Assembly (NCBI GenBank): GCA_024653345.1
Contig: JANLFV010000007.1
Span: 4,605 to 68,604 of the forward strand
Length of the DNA: 64,000 nt
Direction: 5' to 3'
Source of the DNA: Candidatus Acetothermia bacterium
Lineage (GTDB): Bacteria > Bipolaricaulota > Bipolaricaulia > RBG-16-55-9 > JANLFV01
Below the pieces are notes generated by a model. That model was not told the origin of the DNA, searched no databases, and saw nothing but the letters and a program-made list of their open reading frames with translations. Shown here piece by piece: positions 8,255 to 16,483 of this stretch (position 1 is the first letter of the stretch; every line of letters starts with the position of its first letter). Made by a program: the position numbers and the translations under genes.

Positions 8255-9736
8255 TCACCCTGCCCCGCCGTGGGCTGAGCCCACCGGGGCGAAGAGCCAG
8301 CGGTCGTAAAGCTCATCGAGCTCCTGCCCCGCGACCTCCTCGAAGATCGCGAGCAGCGCCTCCGTCTTGGCTACTCCGTACTCGAACCGCGCGAAATATG
8401 CCTGCAGCCCGGCAAAGAAGGTCTCATCCCCCAGGGTGGCCCGCAGCTCATCGTAGAAGAGGGCCCCGCCGCAGTAAACGATCCCGTAGTAGATGCTGTT
8501 GTTATAGAACTGCTCGAGCGGGGCGGTGATCGGGGCTGAGGCCTGGGCCCGCGCCCGCCTCCAGTTGGCCTCCCAGTCGGAGCGGAGGGCCTGGTAGGCC
8601 GCCGGGCCGAGCAACTCCTGGGCGTAGATCCCCGAGGAGTAGGTCGCGAGGGCCTCGTCGAGCCAGGGCTCGCGGATCACATCGTTCCCCACTAGGCTAT
8701 ACCACCACTGATGGCTCACCTCGTGGGAGACGATCATGGCGAACTGCAGTTCCTGCCTTGCCATGTAATCCTCTGGGCCGTAGAGCTTGTCCGAGATCAG
8801 GACCACCCCGGGGTATTCGACCCCTCCGGCCCAGGGGAGCGGGGTCTCGAGGAGATCGACCTCGGGGAAGGGGTAGAGGCCGAAGCGGCGATTGAAGAGG
8901 TCGACGGCCTGGGCCGCGATCTCGAGCGCACTCTGGCCGCCGTAAGCGTCGCCCTCGAGGTAGTAGGAGTTCACCTGCGTTGCGCCGATCTGGGTGGTGA
9001 GCCTCCGGAAGCTCGGGCTCATCGCCACGAAGAAGTCCCGCATCAGCTCGGCAGTGTAGTGGTGGGTGACCGTCCCATCGCCGTTCGGGGTCTGCTCCAG
9101 CTCCGTCCCGCTCGCGACCACGACCTGCTCCGCCGGGGCGGTGATCGAGACCTCGAAGTTCGCCGTCTCGCTGTAGACGGCATCGCCCCAGTTGTAGAAC
9201 GGGTCGAGGTGCCAGCCGGCCTCATCGTAGGCCGCGAGGATGGGGAACCAGTTGGCGAGCTTGAGCACGCCGCCGCTGTAGTCGTAGATCCCGTAGGATG
9301 AGCCATTCCAGCTCGCGAAGTTCTGCGGCACTATCCCCGCGAAGTCCAGCTCGAGCACCAGCTCCCCTCCAGCGGGGAGGGGCTCTCTCAGCGGGATCAA
9401 CGCGATCGCCCCCCCAGACTGGAGCAGCGGCTCGACCGGGGTCCCGTCGACCTTCACCTCCGCCAGCCCCAACGCCCCGGCCCCGTAGGTCAGCCCGCTA
9501 TTGGGATAGAGCCGAAGGTAGAGCTCGGAGAGGGCCGCACCCTCGCCATTGACATACTCCAGCCGCTCGTGCCCTGTGAAGCGGGGCCCGCTCGGGTCGA
9601 ACTGGACCTCGAGCCGGAGCTCGTAGCGCGGGACCGGCTCGCCGGAGGGGAGTGTGGGCCCCGCCGGCAGCGAGCCAGCAAGGGTCACCAGTGAAATCAA
9701 AACTGAGATAAGGAAGAGCTCAGCTCGCCTGACCAA
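8255..9736 (-). CDS. M1-family zinc metallopeptidase (aminopeptidase N-like), secreted or anchored
   Basis: 493 aa with HEVSH followed 18 residues later by E (WLDEA), i.e. the HExxH-x18-E gluzincin motif. There is an N-terminal hydrophobic segment. Confidence 0.8.
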   Translation of the reverse strand: MVRRAELFLISVLISLVTLAGSLPAGPTLPSGEPVPRYELRLEVQFDPSGPRFTGHERLEYVNGEGAALSELYLRLYPNSGLTYGAGALGLAEVKVDGTPVEPLLQSGGAIALIPLREPLPAGGELVLELDFAGIVPQNFASWNGSSYGIYDYSGGVLKLANWFPILAAYDEAGWHLDPFYNWGDAVYSETANFEVSITAPAEQVVVASGTELEQTPNGDGTVTHHYTAELMRDFFVAMSPSFRRLTTQIGATQVNSYYLEGDAYGGQSALEIAAQAVDLFNRRFGLYPFPEVDLLETPLPWAGGVEYPGVVLISDKLYGPEDYMARQELQFAMIVSHEVSHQWWYSLVGNDVIREPWLDEALATYSSGIYAQELLGPAAYQALRSDWEANWRRARAQASAPITAPLEQFYNNSIYYGIVYCGGALFYDELRATLGDETFFAGLQAYFARFEYGVAKTEALLAIFEEVAGQELDELYDRWLFAPVGSAHGGAG

Positions 9737-9932
9737 GGTCTCCCTCCTCTCCCCCCTCGAGCGCTTCCAGCTCGAGGAGGAGCGTATTGATCGCTGCGAC
9801 GAGCTTCTCGAAGAATCGCTTCAGGTCCTCATCGATCAGGTGCTTCTCGCAGATCCGGGGATACTCCGTCTCCGGGTCGTAGAGGAACTTATCGCAGATG
9901 GGGCAGAACGGCTGCTTGGCGCCGGAGATCAA
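9720..9932 (-). CDS. small hypothetical protein (70 aa) with a CPIC motif and an acidic tail
   Basis: Track ORF. It has an ATGA overlap with the upstream gene and a 17-nt overlap with the M1 peptidase gene. I recognise no family. Confidence 0.4.
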   Translation of the reverse strand: MISGAKQPFCPICDKFLYDPETEYPRICEKHLIDEDLKRFFEKLVAAINTLLLELEALEGGEEGDLGQAS

Positions 9933-10819
9933 TGGGCCACCTCCTCTCCGAAGAGGACGACCTCGGTGGAGAGCACCCAGATCGGCCCCGGCTCAGCAAG
10001 GATGAGGGCGAAGTCCGCATTGAGCCGGCCCGAGTCGACCCCTAGGCCTCCAGTCCAGGCTCCGTTAGCGTTGCCGAGCCGGATGGTCAATGGCCTGAAG
10101 ATGGTCACCTCTGCGCCCCAGCTCGCCCGTGGCGGCGCGCTCGGGGAGAGCGCTAGCTCGCCCGAGCTGCTCAGCCAGCCCAGGTCAAGCCGGGCCCCGA
10201 GCCTGGTGAGCGGCGCGGGCTCGCCCTTCTCCTGGGCGAAGTCCAGGCCGAGAAAGAGCCTCCGGCCCGGCTTCAAGAGGACTCCTAGCTTGAACGCCAG
10301 CCGCTCCTCCTCCGCCCCTTCGGGGCCGCGGCGCTGGCGTCCTGCTCCGAGCCCCAGGGCGAACCGCTCCCCAGCCCGCAGGGCCACCGAGCCGCTCCAG
10401 GACTCGCGCGGCTCGCCGCCCTCAGCTCCGAGGGCGAATGAGCCCGCTAGAGCTATGTTCCCCCAGGAAGCAGAGCCGGCGAGGAGCTTCTCCTCGACAG
10501 TGGAGGGGCTGACTTGGGGTATCAGTCCGAGGAGGAGATGTATCCCCGCGAGAAGGGCGGGCCCGGCGGGATTGCAGCGCCCCGCAGTCCCTTCATCGGC
10601 CCAAGCGACGCATGCGCCGCCTCGGGCTAGGATAGGAGCGCCCAGGCCCCACTCCCAACCCTCGCCCCGGGCCTGGAGGCCGAGGACAAGCAAGGGGCCG
10701 AGAAAGGCCAGGGCCAGCCCGAGCGCGTCCCTACTTGAAGGCAATATGTGTGCTTGTCTCCTTGACTCCGTCGATCTTGTGGATCTTCGTCCCCACCGCC
10801 TCGCGGATGTCGGCGACAT
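9929..10819 (-). CDS. hypothetical Gly/Ala/Leu-rich, probably beta-rich secreted or outer-membrane-like protein
   Basis: 296 aa track ORF. The first ~89 nt overlap the AsnC-like gene, so the real start is probably internal and non-ATG. A hydrophobic LALAFLGPLLVLGL segment sits near the N-terminus. Confidence 0.45.
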   Translation of the reverse strand: MSPTSARRWGRRSTRSTESRRQAHILPSSRDALGLALAFLGPLLVLGLQARGEGWEWGLGAPILARGGACVAWADEGTAGRCNPAGPALLAGIHLLLGLIPQVSPSTVEEKLLAGSASWGNIALAGSFALGAEGGEPRESWSGSVALRAGERFALGLGAGRQRRGPEGAEEERLAFKLGVLLKPGRRLFLGLDFAQEKGEPAPLTRLGARLDLGWLSSSGELALSPSAPPRASWGAEVTIFRPLTIRLGNANGAWTGGLGVDSGRLNADFALILAEPGPIWVLSTEVVLFGEEVAH

Positions 10820-10964
10820 TCTCGACCTCGATGCTCACGATCGCATCGTAGTCTCCGGTGATGGGATAGGCCTCCTTCACCTGGGGGAGCTTGGAGACGG
10901 TGCTGATGACGGAGTTGAGCTTCCCCGCCTCAACGCGGAGCAGGACATAGGCTCTGATGGACAT
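10731..10964 (-). CDS. small Lrp/AsnC ligand-binding-domain protein
   Basis: MSIRAYVLLRVEAGK...AYPITGDYDAIVSIEV...IREAVGTKIHKIDGVKETSTHIAF matches the stand-alone AsnC_trans_reg pattern. I chose the ATG at 10962-10964 because AGAAGGAGGT lies 6 nt upstream. Confidence 0.65.
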   Translation of the reverse strand: MSIRAYVLLRVEAGKLNSVISTVSKLPQVKEAYPITGDYDAIVSIEVENVADIREAVGTKIHKIDGVKETSTHIAFK

Positions 10965-11047
10965 CGGCATACCTCCTTCTGGTGAACTGGCCAAAATCTA
11001 CTAAAACCGGCCGCGCAACTTCAAGGCCACGAGCGGGAGCCGGCACT

Positions 11048-12223
11048 TCACCGCCCGAACTTGAGGACCCGGCTGTTGGCGAAGTCCAGGACATAGACCT
11101 GGCCCGACCCGTCGACCGCGAGGGCTATGGGGAAGACGGGATGATCTCCGCCGTCGACCGCCCAGAGGTCGACGAGCTTCCCGTCGGGGGAGAACTTCTG
11201 GATCCGAGCGTTCTGGCTGTCGGCCACATAGAGATAGCCGTCGCGATCGATCGCCAGGCCGGTCGGCCGGGAGAACCGGCCCGCTCCTTGGCCGTAGCCG
11301 CCCCACTCGTCCCGGGCGATCCCGCTCGGGTCGAACCGCTGGACGCGGTGGTTCCCCGTGTCGGCCACGTAGACTGAGCCGTCGCTGGCCACGGCCACGC
11401 CGCTTGGCTTGGAGAGTTGCCCGCGACGGCTGCCCTCCCCGCCCCAGCGGGCGAGCGGCTGGCCTGCACCGGTGAACTTGTGGATCAGGTGCTGGCCACG
11501 GTCGGTGATGTAGACTGACCCATCCGGCCCGACCGCGATCCCCGCCGGATCGTTGACCCCGGCGATGCTCCACTCCCCCAGGGGTCTGCCGGTCGAGGAG
11601 AGCCTCTGGACCCGCCGATTCCCTGGATCGAGGACATAGACCTCGCCCGGCGGGCTGATGGCCAGCCCCTCCGGGCTGCTGAACCGCCCCGGGACAGCCC
11701 CGTATTGGCCCCAATTCTCGAGGAACTCCCCTTCGCCGGTGAAGAGCGCTATCCGGTGATTCCCCGTATCCGCGACGAGGACTTGCCCCAGGCCGTCAAG
11801 CGCGATCCCGCGCGGATGGCCGAGCTCGCCCTCCCCAACGCCCCAGGAGCCCCAGCTCGTGAGGAGATGGTATTCCCCGCTCGGCTCGAGCACGGTGATC
11901 TCCACCCGCTCCCTCCCCTCGGCCCCTAGGTCGTCTCGGACGGTGAGCGAGGCCCTGTAGGTTCCCGGGAGGTGGTAGATGTGCGTGGCCTTCTGGCCGG
12001 CGGTTTGGACCCCGTCCCCGAAATCCCAGTGGAAGGCGACTATCCTCCCGTCGGGATCGTAGGACTCCGAGCCGTCGAACTCGACCCGGAGCGGCGCGAG
12101 CCCGCTCGTCGGCCCGGCGCGGAGGAGCGCCACCGGAGGCCGATTGAAGAGGGCGCGGCAGCCGGTCAAGGCTAGCAAGAGGACCACACCGACCAGGAGT
12201 ACGCGCTGCGGCCTCATCCCCAT
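11048..12223 (-). CDS. lipoprotein with a PKD domain and an NHL-repeat beta-propeller
   Basis: Lipobox LLLALTGC. PKD-like VEFDGSESYDPDGRIVAFHWDFGDG. About six repeats of the G.F..P.G.AV...G.VYVAD..N.R.Q.F type. Confidence 0.75.
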   Translation of the reverse strand: MGMRPQRVLLVGVVLLLALTGCRALFNRPPVALLRAGPTSGLAPLRVEFDGSESYDPDGRIVAFHWDFGDGVQTAGQKATHIYHLPGTYRASLTVRDDLGAEGRERVEITVLEPSGEYHLLTSWGSWGVGEGELGHPRGIALDGLGQVLVADTGNHRIALFTGEGEFLENWGQYGAVPGRFSSPEGLAISPPGEVYVLDPGNRRVQRLSSTGRPLGEWSIAGVNDPAGIAVGPDGSVYITDRGQHLIHKFTGAGQPLARWGGEGSRRGQLSKPSGVAVASDGSVYVADTGNHRVQRFDPSGIARDEWGGYGQGAGRFSRPTGLAIDRDGYLYVADSQNARIQKFSPDGKLVDLWAVDGGDHPVFPIALAVDGSGQVYVLDFANSRVLKFGR

Positions 12224-12316
12224 CAACTGGATTATACCACACTGAGCGCGGCCGCCTTCCGGATTGACTTGAGGATTGAGATCGAGGTATAGCAGTGAGC
12301 GCAAAGGAGGGAGACG

Positions 12317-13348
12317 ATGGAGCTATTGAAGAGGCTCTCGGAGGCAGTGGGCGTCCCCGGCCATGAGGAGGGGATTCGCGCCCTGGTGAAGGAGGAGCTC
12401 GAAGGGCTCGTGGACGAGCTCCGGACCGATGTCCTGGGGAACGTCATCGGGCTGAAGCGCGGGAAGGGCCAGAAGCGGGTGATGCTCGCGGCCCACATGG
12501 ACGAGATCGGTTTTCTCGTCAAGCACATCGAGAAGGAGGGCTTCCTGCGGATCGAGCCGCTCGGGGGGTTCGACCCAAGGGTCCTGCTCGCGGAGCGGGT
12601 GCTGGTCCACACGCGCGGGGGCGATCTTCCGGGCGTGGTCGGCTCCAAGCCGATCCACATCCTCACTGAGGAGGAGCGGAAGAAGCCGGTCGAGATCAAG
12701 GAGCTGTTCATCGACCTTGGCCTTCCGGCGGAAGAGGTGAAGAAGGCCGTGCGGATCGGGGACTCGGTGACCCTGCAGCAGGAGTTCACCCAGTTCGGGG
12801 AGGTCGTCTCAGGGAAGGCCCTCGACGATCGGGTCGGGCTGTATGTGATCATCGAGGCCCTCCGCCGGGTGAAGAGGCACCGCTGCGATGTCTATCTCGT
12901 GGCCACGACGCAAGAGGAGGTCGGCCTGCGAGGGGCCCATGTCTCAGGGTTCGGGATCTCGCCGGACATCGCGATCGCGGTCGATGTAACCCTGGCCTGC
13001 GATGTCCCCGGGGTGAGCGAGGCCGAGCAGATCACCCGCCTCGGCCAGGGGACAGCGATCAAGCTCAAGGACGCCGCCTCGATCTCCAACCCCAGGCTCG
13101 TCCGCCGGCTGGTGGACCTGGCCGAGGAGAAGGGGATCAAATACCAGCTGGAGATCCTCCCCCGCGGCGGGACCGACGCGGGCGCCCTCCAGCTGACCAA
13201 GGAGGGGGTGGCCGCGGCCACCGTCTCCGTCCCGACCCGGAATGTCCACACCGTCGTGGAGGTAGCGCACAAGGGCGACATCGAGGCCTCGATCGCGCTG
13301 CTCGCCGCCTTCCTCGAGGTGGCCCACGAGGGGGATTACACCCTATAG
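12317..13348 (+). CDS. M42-family metallopeptidase (FrvX / glutamyl-aminopeptidase type)
   Basis: 343 aa with LLKRLSEAVGVPGHEE, AHMDEIGF, GKALDDRVG and TTQEEVGLRGA, all typical of M42. Confidence 0.85.
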   Translation: MELLKRLSEAVGVPGHEEGIRALVKEELEGLVDELRTDVLGNVIGLKRGKGQKRVMLAAHMDEIGFLVKHIEKEGFLRIEPLGGFDPRVLLAERVLVHTRGGDLPGVVGSKPIHILTEEERKKPVEIKELFIDLGLPAEEVKKAVRIGDSVTLQQEFTQFGEVVSGKALDDRVGLYVIIEALRRVKRHRCDVYLVATTQEEVGLRGAHVSGFGISPDIAIAVDVTLACDVPGVSEAEQITRLGQGTAIKLKDAASISNPRLVRRLVDLAEEKGIKYQLEILPRGGTDAGALQLTKEGVAAATVSVPTRNVHTVVEVAHKGDIEASIALLAAFLEVAHEGDYTL

Positions 13349-13355
13349 AGAGGCT

Positions 13356-13381
13356 GAAGCCACCGTGGGGACGGTGGCTTC
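13356..13381. terminator. bidirectional terminator hairpin (11-bp stem GAAGCCACCGT / ACGGTGGCTTC, loop GGGG)
   Basis: Read directly from the sequence, 8 nt after the M42 stop. Confidence 0.6.
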
Positions 13382-13596
13382 ACCAAGTAGGGACGTGGAA
13401 CTACAGCCCAGCTACCTCCACCCGGTCGCTCTCTCACCCCCCGATCACAGAGTTCGGGCGCCCTACGTTAAGGATTATAGCACGACCGAAGTCCGTCACC
13501 TCCGGGCGCTCTTGCCCTTCCCGCGGGCGCTGCCGCCACCGGAACTGCCTCCATCCCCAGGGCGGGTGACAGAGATGCCGGACCAAGGTCCCCCGC

Positions 13597-14106
13597 TCAG
13601 CGGTCGCTCTTGGTGAGGGACCTGCCGCGCTTGCGCCACAGCCGGCCGCCGCACCCTCGGTGGTAGCAAGGGCCCTTGAGGGGACGCCACCTCCCGAACT
13701 CGAGGTGGCAGCGGTCGCAGATGTAGATGTAATTGTGAGCCTGAGCCGGGATCGGTCGCGGCCGGAGCGGGCCGTAGTCCCGCTCGATAGAACTCTCGAG
13801 CTTCCGGAACTCCGCGCCGTGGCCGGCTCGACCGAGCTGGAGATGGATCATCTCGTGGAGCAGGACCTTCTCCAGCTCGGCCCAGCCGAACAGCCTGAGG
13901 TAGAACGGGGAGAGCTGGATCGCCCGCCCCCGCCCATCGGTGGAGAAGGTCCCGAGCGTGCTCCGGAAGCGGGGATTGAACGAGAGCCGCTCCAGGCGGA
14001 GCCGGCCTCGGAAGTAGCGCTGATTCAGCTCGGCAAAGCGCCTCCAGGCCTCCGCCAGCGCCTGGCCGCTAGTAGTATCTCCTCCGGAAAAGCTGGACCT
14101 CGACAT
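13597..14106 (-). CDS. SprT-like zinc metalloprotease-domain protein with a C-terminal zinc ribbon
   Basis: 169 aa with HEMIHLQL (HExxH), preceded by YFRGRL...F...STLG. The C-terminus has CDRCH...CYHRGCGGR. Confidence 0.65.
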   Translation of the reverse strand: MSRSSFSGGDTTSGQALAEAWRRFAELNQRYFRGRLRLERLSFNPRFRSTLGTFSTDGRGRAIQLSPFYLRLFGWAELEKVLLHEMIHLQLGRAGHGAEFRKLESSIERDYGPLRPRPIPAQAHNYIYICDRCHLEFGRWRPLKGPCYHRGCGGRLWRKRGRSLTKSDR

Positions 14107-14797
14107 GGCTCTTCTTGAAGAGATAAACCAGCAGGGCCCCGGAGACGAAACCCCCGATGTGGGCGAAGAAGGCTACGCCGCCCCCGGGCCCGAGGCCCGT
14201 CGGGGCGAGGATCAACTGGTAGATGAACCAGAGGCCGAGGATGAGCATCGCGGGGAGTTGGATGAGCCGGATGAAGAAGAAAAAGAAGACGAGCGTGAGG
14301 ATCCGGGAGTAGGGGAAGAGCATCAAATAGGCCCCGAGCACCCCGGCGATCGCCCCGCTCGCCCCGATGATCGGGGTGGTGCTGTTCGCGCTGACCGCCA
14401 CCTGCGCCAGGGCCGCGATCGCCCCGCAGATCAGGTAGAAGACGAGGAACTTGAGGTGGCCCATTGCCCCCTCGACATTGTCCCCGAAGATCCAGAGGTA
14501 GAGCATGTTGCCCCCGATGTGGGCGATCCCGCCGTGGAGGAACATCGAGGTGAAGAGGGTGGCCCAGATAGGGATGGGAATGAGCGGCGGGAGATCCCTC
14601 ATGTGGACCAGCTCGCGGGGGATTAGGCCATACTGGAGGATGAACAGGTCAGCTTGGGAGATCCGCCCCAACGGGCTCGGCACGAACTGCGAGCCGAGGA
14701 GTTGCTGGTAGAGGAAGACCAGCCCGTTGGCGATGATCAAGAGGAGCGTCACATAAGGGACCGCGCCGCTCGGGCGGTAGTCGCGCAGCGGGATCAT
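14069..14797 (-). CDS. rhomboid-family intramembrane serine protease
   Basis: FLHGGIAHIGGNM, catalytic GASGAIAGVLGAY and AHIGGFVSG. The start is set at MIPLRDY, which has a GAGGTGA SD; the longer track ORF (to 14935) is probably an over-extension. Confidence 0.8.
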   Translation of the reverse strand: MIPLRDYRPSGAVPYVTLLLIIANGLVFLYQQLLGSQFVPSPLGRISQADLFILQYGLIPRELVHMRDLPPLIPIPIWATLFTSMFLHGGIAHIGGNMLYLWIFGDNVEGAMGHLKFLVFYLICGAIAALAQVAVSANSTTPIIGASGAIAGVLGAYLMLFPYSRILTLVFFFFFIRLIQLPAMLILGLWFIYQLILAPTGLGPGGGVAFFAHIGGFVSGALLVYLFKKSHVEVQLFRRRYY

Positions 14798-14935
14798 CGG
14801 CTGTTCACCTCGAGCGCCTTTATACCGGAAAGGCGGCGCGAGGGGCAAGCCTCCGTTCGCTCCCTCGGGCTGCGGCAACGGTGTGGAGAAGGGGAGCCGA
14901 GGCCGCACGCGGCCGATCCCGATCGGGCCTGGCAA

Positions 14936-14964
14936 TTGACGGCCCGATCGCGCGCCGCTATAAT
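14936..14964 (+). promoter_or_regulatory. consensus-like promoter TTGACG-N17-TATAAT for the tRNA/SRP-RNA cluster
   Basis: ttgacg gcccgatcgcgcgccgc tataat. The -10 box ends 6 nt before tRNA-Ser. Confidence 0.6.
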
Positions 14965-14970
14965 CTCACG

Positions 14971-15057
14971 GGAGGGATGACCGAACGGTAAGGAGCCGGT
15001 CTCGAAAACCGGTAAGGCCTTTGGGCCCTCGGGGTTCGAATCCCCGTCCCTCCGCCA
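14971..15057 (+). tRNA. tRNA-Ser (anticodon CGA), CCA encoded
   Basis: Hand-folded. Acceptor GGAGGGA/TCCCTCC, anticodon loop CTCGAAA, long variable arm, T-loop GGTTCGAATCC. Confidence 0.9.
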
Positions 15058-15134
15058 CCAGGTTTCACCTGGACCATTAATCTTGGCTGGCCCCTTGGGC
15101 CAGCCAAGCTAAGAACGAGCTTTCAGCTCGCGCG
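15058..15134 (+). repeat. structured tRNA-spacer element, copy A (three hairpins; 20-mer ACGAGCTTTCAGCTCGCGCG)
   Basis: Aligns over ~75 nt with 31951-32038. The 20-mer is identical between copies, and the middle 12-bp hairpin shows compensatory changes. Confidence 0.6.
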
Positions 15135-15207
15135 CCTGTAGCTCAGGGGACAGAGCGTCGGACTGCGGATCCGAAGGCCGGGGGTTCAAATCCTCCCAGG
15201 CGCACCA
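15132..15207 (+). tRNA. tRNA-Arg (anticodon GCG), CCA encoded
   Basis: Acceptor GCGCCTG/CAGGCGC, anticodon stem TCGGA/TCCGA, loop CTGCGGA. Confidence 0.9.
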
Positions 15208-15214
15208 GGGAAAG

Positions 15215-15304
15215 GGAGAGATGTCCGAGCGGACGAAGGAGCACGCCTGGAGAGCGTGTGCCGGCGAAAGTCGGCCGTGGGTTCGAATCCCACTCTCTCC
15301 GCCA
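15215..15304 (+). tRNA. tRNA-Ser (anticodon GGA), CCA encoded
   Basis: Acceptor GGAGAGA/TCTCTCC, anticodon loop CTGGAGA, long variable arm. Confidence 0.9.
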
Positions 15305-15575
15305 GGCCTGTGCTAGGCGGGGGGCTAGCGGTCCCCTCCATTCCGCAACCCGCTAGAGCGGAGCCGAAGGGCCCCCTGCGGGGCCGCGGGGCTGGACTGC
15401 CCCGGAGAAGCGGCGTTGAAGGCTGAGCCCTCTACGGCGCATGTCGGCGAACCCCGTCAGGCCCGGAAGGGAGCAGCGGTAAACCGGCCCCTGCGGGCGA
15501 TAGAGGACCACTTGGCCGGAGCTGGCTCTCCGGAAAGCGCTCGCCCCACGACCTCAAAGGGGCCAAGCACAGGCC
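15305..15575 (+). ncRNA. ffs: signal recognition particle RNA, long (Bacillus-like, Alu-domain-containing) form
   Basis: Domain IV motif CCGTCAGGCCCGGAAGGGAGCAGCGGTAAAC. The 5' end GGCCTGTGCT pairs with the 3' end AGCACAGGCC. Length is ~271 nt. It starts at the base after the tRNA-Ser CCA. Confidence 0.8.
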
Positions 15576-15830
15576 CTACTCTTTCAGCCGCTCCAGCCTG
15601 AAGACCACCGGATTCTTCGGGTCGGGGCAGGCGATCTGGGCCATGCCCTCCCTCTCCCAGGGGAAGTTCCCCCCGAACTGGAGGACCCTCAGGTAGGGGA
15701 AGAGGGAGTGCCAGGCCGAGGGGCAGAGCCCGGAGGGCAGCTTCCCCTCGTAGAGGAACTCCTGCCCGGCCTTATGCCCGGCGGCGCAACTCCCCTCCTG
15801 CTTGACTACGGTGATGCGGATCTTGGCCAT
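15576..15830 (-). CDS. TIGR04076-family small Cys-containing protein
   Basis: 84 aa: KIRITVVKQEGSCAAGHKAGQEF...GLCPSAWHSLFPYL..LQFGGNFPW...IACPDPKNPVVFRLERL. This matches my memory of TIGR04076. Confidence 0.6.
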   Translation of the reverse strand: MAKIRITVVKQEGSCAAGHKAGQEFLYEGKLPSGLCPSAWHSLFPYLRVLQFGGNFPWEREGMAQIACPDPKNPVVFRLERLKE

Positions 15831-15902
15831 CAGACTCCTCTCCGAGTGAGCGCTTACCGGAGTCTAATCGCAAGCCCCCGCCCCGGGCAAACCCACCTCG
15901 GC

Positions 15903-16388
15903 TCAAGGGTTGAGGACGAGGATCGCGCCGTTCAAGACGGCGGCGAAGCTCACCCAGAGGATGTAGGGCAACAGCAGGAGCCCCGCGGCCCGCGAGAGCC
16001 TGAAGAAGCTGAGGATCGTCAGCAAGATCGCCACCCAGAGCAGCGCGATCACGATCAGCCCGCCGAGCGGCGCGCGGAGCCCGAAGAAGGCCCCGGACCA
16101 GAGGACGTTCAGGGCCAATTGGACGGCGAAGATCACTAAGGCCACCCTAACGGCTCGCTCGGCCAGCCCCCTCCGCCAGACGAGGAAGGCCGCCAGGCCC
16201 ATCAGGACGAAGAGGGTCGTCCAGGCCGGGGCGAAGAGCCAGCTGGGCGGGGTGAACGCCGGCTTCGCCAAGCCGGCATACCAGGTCGGTATCGCTGGTG
16301 TGGTGAAGATGGCCTCAACCAGTCCGGCGAGCTGACAGACCACCAGGCTGACCACGAGCTGAAGGACCTCGACTGAGCGCTTCTTCAT
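15903..16388 (-). CDS. tspO: TspO/MBR-family tryptophan-rich sensory protein
   Basis: FTPPSWLFAPAWTTLFVLMGLAAFLVWRR and LALNVLWS are typical. The start is set at MKKRSVEV; the track ORF extends further upstream. Confidence 0.8.
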   Translation of the reverse strand: MKKRSVEVLQLVVSLVVCQLAGLVEAIFTTPAIPTWYAGLAKPAFTPPSWLFAPAWTTLFVLMGLAAFLVWRRGLAERAVRVALVIFAVQLALNVLWSGAFFGLRAPLGGLIVIALLWVAILLTILSFFRLSRAAGLLLLPYILWVSFAAVLNGAILVLNP

Positions 16389-16483
16389 CTCTCTAGACCC
16401 CCTCTCGGAGCAATCGTTCCTCTGCTTTGATACGCTGGAGCTCATCCCCCGGTCAAGTCGGCTGGCGGGAGCTGGCCCGAGCC

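Noticed and set aside
9654-10985. 443-aa plus-strand ORF across the 9720-10994 region
   Set aside because: It is Ser/Pro/Arg/Ala-rich junk antisense to three minus-strand genes that have SDs and coupled start/stop overlaps.
15416-15601. 61-aa ORF inside the SRP RNA
   Set aside because: The region is explained by the SRP RNA (domain IV motif and terminal helix).
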